Positions 60,189 through 64,000 of a DNA stretch of 64,000 nucleotides are shown in pieces; the stretch's first letter is position 1, and each line of letters begins with the position of its first letter. The notes beneath the pieces are model-generated. The model was not told the DNA's origin. It did no database searches and was given only the letters and a program-made list of their open reading frames with translations. The stretch is from Diadema antillarum. Its lineage: Eukaryota. The stretch is from assembly GCF_040938485.1 (NCBI RefSeq), contig NW_027271191.1, positions 434,001-498,000 of the forward strand, written 5' to 3'. The position numbers and the translations under genes are program-made.

Positions 60189-63100
60189 AAGCACGATATG
60201 ATTTAAGTGAAATGTAAATCCAGGTATAACAAGTCGATTCTGCTATAATGTGTAATGACAATAACAGTAAACAATAGCAACAGTGAAAAATTCCACTAAA
60301 ATGGGACCAAGAAATGAAATTTTGAAAAAATAAAAAATGAATATTTAGTTGACATAGTTCTTTGCAACAGTGTCAATCACAGTAACGTGCAAATTCGATG
60401 AGAGGACTCACGCTGTCTCATTGCTCATAGTAATTATACCATATCCCATTATCGTGAATTGTTATGTTATATTTACGTTTTTCTGATTCGACAGGAAAAA
60501 CTCCTTTCTTACTGCTGGAAGGAGTTTTTGAAGTTTTCAATGACAGCTGTGAATGAGGTTGTCATAGTTGCTTATAGATTATTCACGAAGAATACATTTT
60601 CATCTATTTAACGTATTGTTCGTATTTTAAGGATTGTTGTGGGAGAAAAAACAATGTGTCATTAAAAGTTGTAATGGATGAGAGTGACCGGTATCAATAA
60701 TATTCGTCGAACCCTGGGAAACTCACTATGATGTTTATGAGATTTTCCTCTCGTATTCCGGCTGAACTTAAACATGAATGGGAGTTTCCCTTGAATCTTG
60801 TCTTAATCACAAGCAGCTGTACTAAAAAGGTGTCAGTGATGTCTTTTGAACATAAGAGAGTTATTCCATTGTAGACGTTATTTCTCGAACATGATCATAA
60901 GTAGATGATAGGGTTGTAGAATATTATGCTGATGTATAAATAATGCAATATATGTTTTTCCTCTGAGCTTGATATAATTATAGTTACAAGCTCGGACATT
61001 CACTTGTACCTTTACTCAGTGCATTTTAATGGTTTGAATTAGTTTGCAGACATTACTTGTTGCTATGTCGGGCCATATGCTCATCTATGAGTAAGCTTTC
61101 CGGATGCCATACCAGAAACGACCTTCGTTGTGAAGACAGTATATGTCTGCATGATATCTTGATATGTTATACTCAGTAGCAAACCGAATCCATTGACACA
61201 TTGTCCCTCAATATCATTGTAGCAACTCGAATGGCAGATCTGTTTGATATTCCTTATTTTGGTAAATGATTTATGTAACGTTTGACGAAGAAGAACAATA
61301 TTTTTCCCAAGACAACTGAGAAAAATGTAGAGTATTTCAAAAAAATATGTTTATGTCATAATCAGACAATGCATCAACCCCATTCGAGCTTAGAACCATA
61401 GTCACACTTGGTATTCCACTGCACATCGTGAACCTGTAAGACAATTTTCTTTATCAAACAAACAAATAAACTTATTGGATCCCTCTATGTTTTTTTTTTC
61501 TAGAAGTAAGAGTACAAGCGGAACGACTGACTTTCATATTCAGCATTGTACAGATTATGTTACGATGGATATAAACAACAGTATTCCGTTGTGTGAGGGG
61601 TGTATACATAATTATGGAAGTCTAAGAAACTATGAACGGAAAGTATCTTCTATGTCAGTACTGTTTGTCCTTTATAACTTCCCCATGTATCGAGTGGACG
61701 AAGTTACTGAGAAATTTCGTCCACGCATGCACACACTGTTTATTCGACATTGTGTATTGTGTGTATTATGTTGGATACCCTTCACAATGATTTCTCTCTT
61801 CGCTTCTTCTTTACTTTACTGTATCTATACATACAAACATTCCTGGATTTTGTAATTTATGTGGAATATTTCAACGTGTTCAAATTAAGATTGGTGATAT
61901 GGATTTTGCGTAAAAGTAACAGTTATCTATATATTTCTGGTCGCATAAACTGCCACTATACCGGTGTACTTGTAGATTACATAATATAGGCACGTGTTAT
62001 GGAATATAAGTATATAGAAAGAGGTCGACCTTTACAAAATAATGTGTCAATAAATTCGACGAACTGGTCAACAACGTACGAGCATTGCTGTTATGTTTTA
62101 GCAGAATTTCAAGGTTTAGGAGGAGCAGAAATGAAGAGAGATGGAGAGAGAGAAGGGGCGGAACTGAACGTGCATGGAGAAGAGAGGTGCAAAGAGGAGA
62201 GAGAAATTGACTGAAACTAAATACAAACTGTACAACCGCTATAGTATGTCATGTAATTATATACTCGTATTATATAGGTAGTTGCAAGAATTCATTCAAT
62301 CATTGTCACTTGATACCCATTCGCGTATAAAACTTGTTGAAAACTTCTCCACCATTCCATATTACTAGGTAGAGTTAAAAGTATTTCTTTTTACTTTAAA
62401 AATCAAAGCAAGAAAAATCACACATTTCTCTTGTTGCCGACGTCTTGAGATTTAATTACAAAAATCTTTAGTTAGAGGTGCTCGAAAAATCGGGAAGAAC
62501 AATCACAAAACCCACGACTTTCCGAAGGTTTCATGTTCGATTCTTTCAAGGGGGGGGGGGGGGGGAATACCATTGACCTGAACCTCTGCCCCCCCCCCCC
62601 TCTCCGAAAAAAACGTTCCATGGCCCCAGCCATGCATAGCAGAATAATAATCAAATGAATATGATTTCTCAAGGCCATTTCACGACAGGGTTGAATTCTA
62701 TGTATTTCTAGATCTGATATGCCAATGCCAATGCAAAAAAAAACCAAACAAACAAACAAAAAGGTGTGTGATCCTTTCTTATCAGTGTAACTTTCTCGGC
62801 AAGAATGATAGTTAACTTGCTCATACTTTATAAATCATATAGTTAGAGCACTAAACATGATTGAATGCTGGGAAGACCTCAGCATTCAGTACAAAAAGAA
62901 AGTGAGCGCTTTTTCATTTTCAGATTTTTCAAATCTGACTGTAATCAAAACCAATATAATTAGATATTAAAGAATAGCAAATTTCATATACTCCTTTATA
63001 GCCTATTTTATGGGGTAACATTATTATTAGCGACTCCAATTGGAATGGATATGCCTTTGTGCATTTGTTTTTCTCTGTCATGATGCACAGGCAAAATGTG

Positions 63101-64000
63101 CAATGATAAATGCACAATCTGCCAGTGCTGTGTTAATGCCCTCTCGTATAATGAAAGGATGAAAACAAAATGATCAAAGTTACACAATGCCTTTGTCTTT
63201 GAATGAGAGTTGATAGCACTGTTAGAGTCCTCGCACTCCCGGTCCTTCTCTCATCTCTATCTCTTTCTCTTTAGGATCTTTTCCAAATATCATTTACTGT
63301 AATATATTTACATATAAGAGTAACATTTTGGTAAACCTGTATGTAGGGTGGGTTGGGGTGACTTGGGGAGAGCAACTCCCTGCTGGTCTGGTAGCGGGAT
63401 GGTTACATAATACACCTAGTACACCTGTGTTGTTTTGACACCACTTAGTACATCTCCGAAAGAGAGATGTATGAATGGCGTAGCGCGCGAAACAAGTAAT
63501 TCGGAGCAGTGACTGAAGTTACCGCCGATAAATGATGTTCGCAGGGTGTCGGATTGCAGGGACTGCGCGGTTTTACTGTTTCGCATCAGCGCAGTTCAAA
63601 AGGTGTTTGTTTTCTATTAGCCTATTTGGTATCCGTATATATATTCAAGTTCTGGGTGTTATAGTACCTACATGTAATTCTTCATAAACATGTAATTCAC
63701 GAAAGCTCCAATGTCTGCTTCAGTCCTGTAAGTTGGGGGCGCGAAGTCACGCCGAAAGCCAGTTCACTGTTGACACTATTATATACGGGGATAGGCTCAG
63801 ACCTCTCCAACCACAGACTTTGCAAAACATGGAATAGTCTTCAAGAAGAGCAGTTGAAAACAGCCATGCAGGAAGTGCAGTCAGTGCTGCATGAATGTTG
63901 CTGAAGAGAATGCACATTCATCTGCAAATATCAAGCTGCACCGGGTTCGTTTATACAACACAGTTGTCATGAAGCCACAATAATGTGAGGTTTTGAATAC

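Noticed and set aside
59863-60201. 112-aa ORF MASVKPK... overlapping the last dipeptidase exon
   Set aside because: It is a different frame from the spliced reading that continues exon 9 in phase and contains the conserved CRT.
60900-61330. Possible tyrosine-recombinase (Crypton) C-terminal relic
   Set aside because: Only vague similarity; the diagnostic HSxR/GH motifs were not found.
63400-64000. CpG-richer block that might be a promoter or first exon of a further gene
   Set aside because: No open frame with splice sites or a recognisable product within the window.
1-64000. CRISPR arrays, rRNA, prokaryotic operons or horizontally acquired intronless genes
   Set aside because: None seen; all recognisable coding sequence is spliceosomal-intron-containing animal-type.

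Overview
AT-rich, microsatellite- and MITE-rich metazoan genomic DNA. The repeat style suggests an invertebrate deuterostome such as a sea urchin, but that is inference. Two N gaps lie at 21233-21367 and 25770-25954. By hand-splicing I recover four apparently intact multi-exon genes; the supplied ORF track is mostly noise or exon fragments. Three are tandem 13-exon clan-3 cytochrome P450 paralogues on the minus strand: CYP-A 3357-14744 (536 aa), CYP-B 18163-30251 (533 aa) and CYP-C 32991-46435 (529 aa). The fourth is a 10-exon M19 renal-type dipeptidase on the plus strand (49271-60188, 439 aa), head-to-head with the cluster. Most notable: (1) the P450s have the thromboxane-synthase (CYP5A1/TBXAS1)-type exon layout and H-I insertion yet keep the I-helix monooxygenase Thr; (2) all three promoters carry an HNF4-type CAAAGTCCA site 256-301 bp upstream of the ATG; (3) CYP-B intron 4 holds a perfect 103-bp-arm palindrome with two copies of a U3-A8 variant minimal hammerhead ribozyme motif of the Penelope type, beside a decayed duplicate of exon 4; (4) the heme exon is nearly homogenised between CYP-B and CYP-C while substrate-recognition residues diverge; (5) CYP-C needs a GC splice donor; (6) the dipeptidase lacks a GPI signal and ends in a furin-like RGRR tail. 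No rRNA, true tRNA or CRISPR features were seen.
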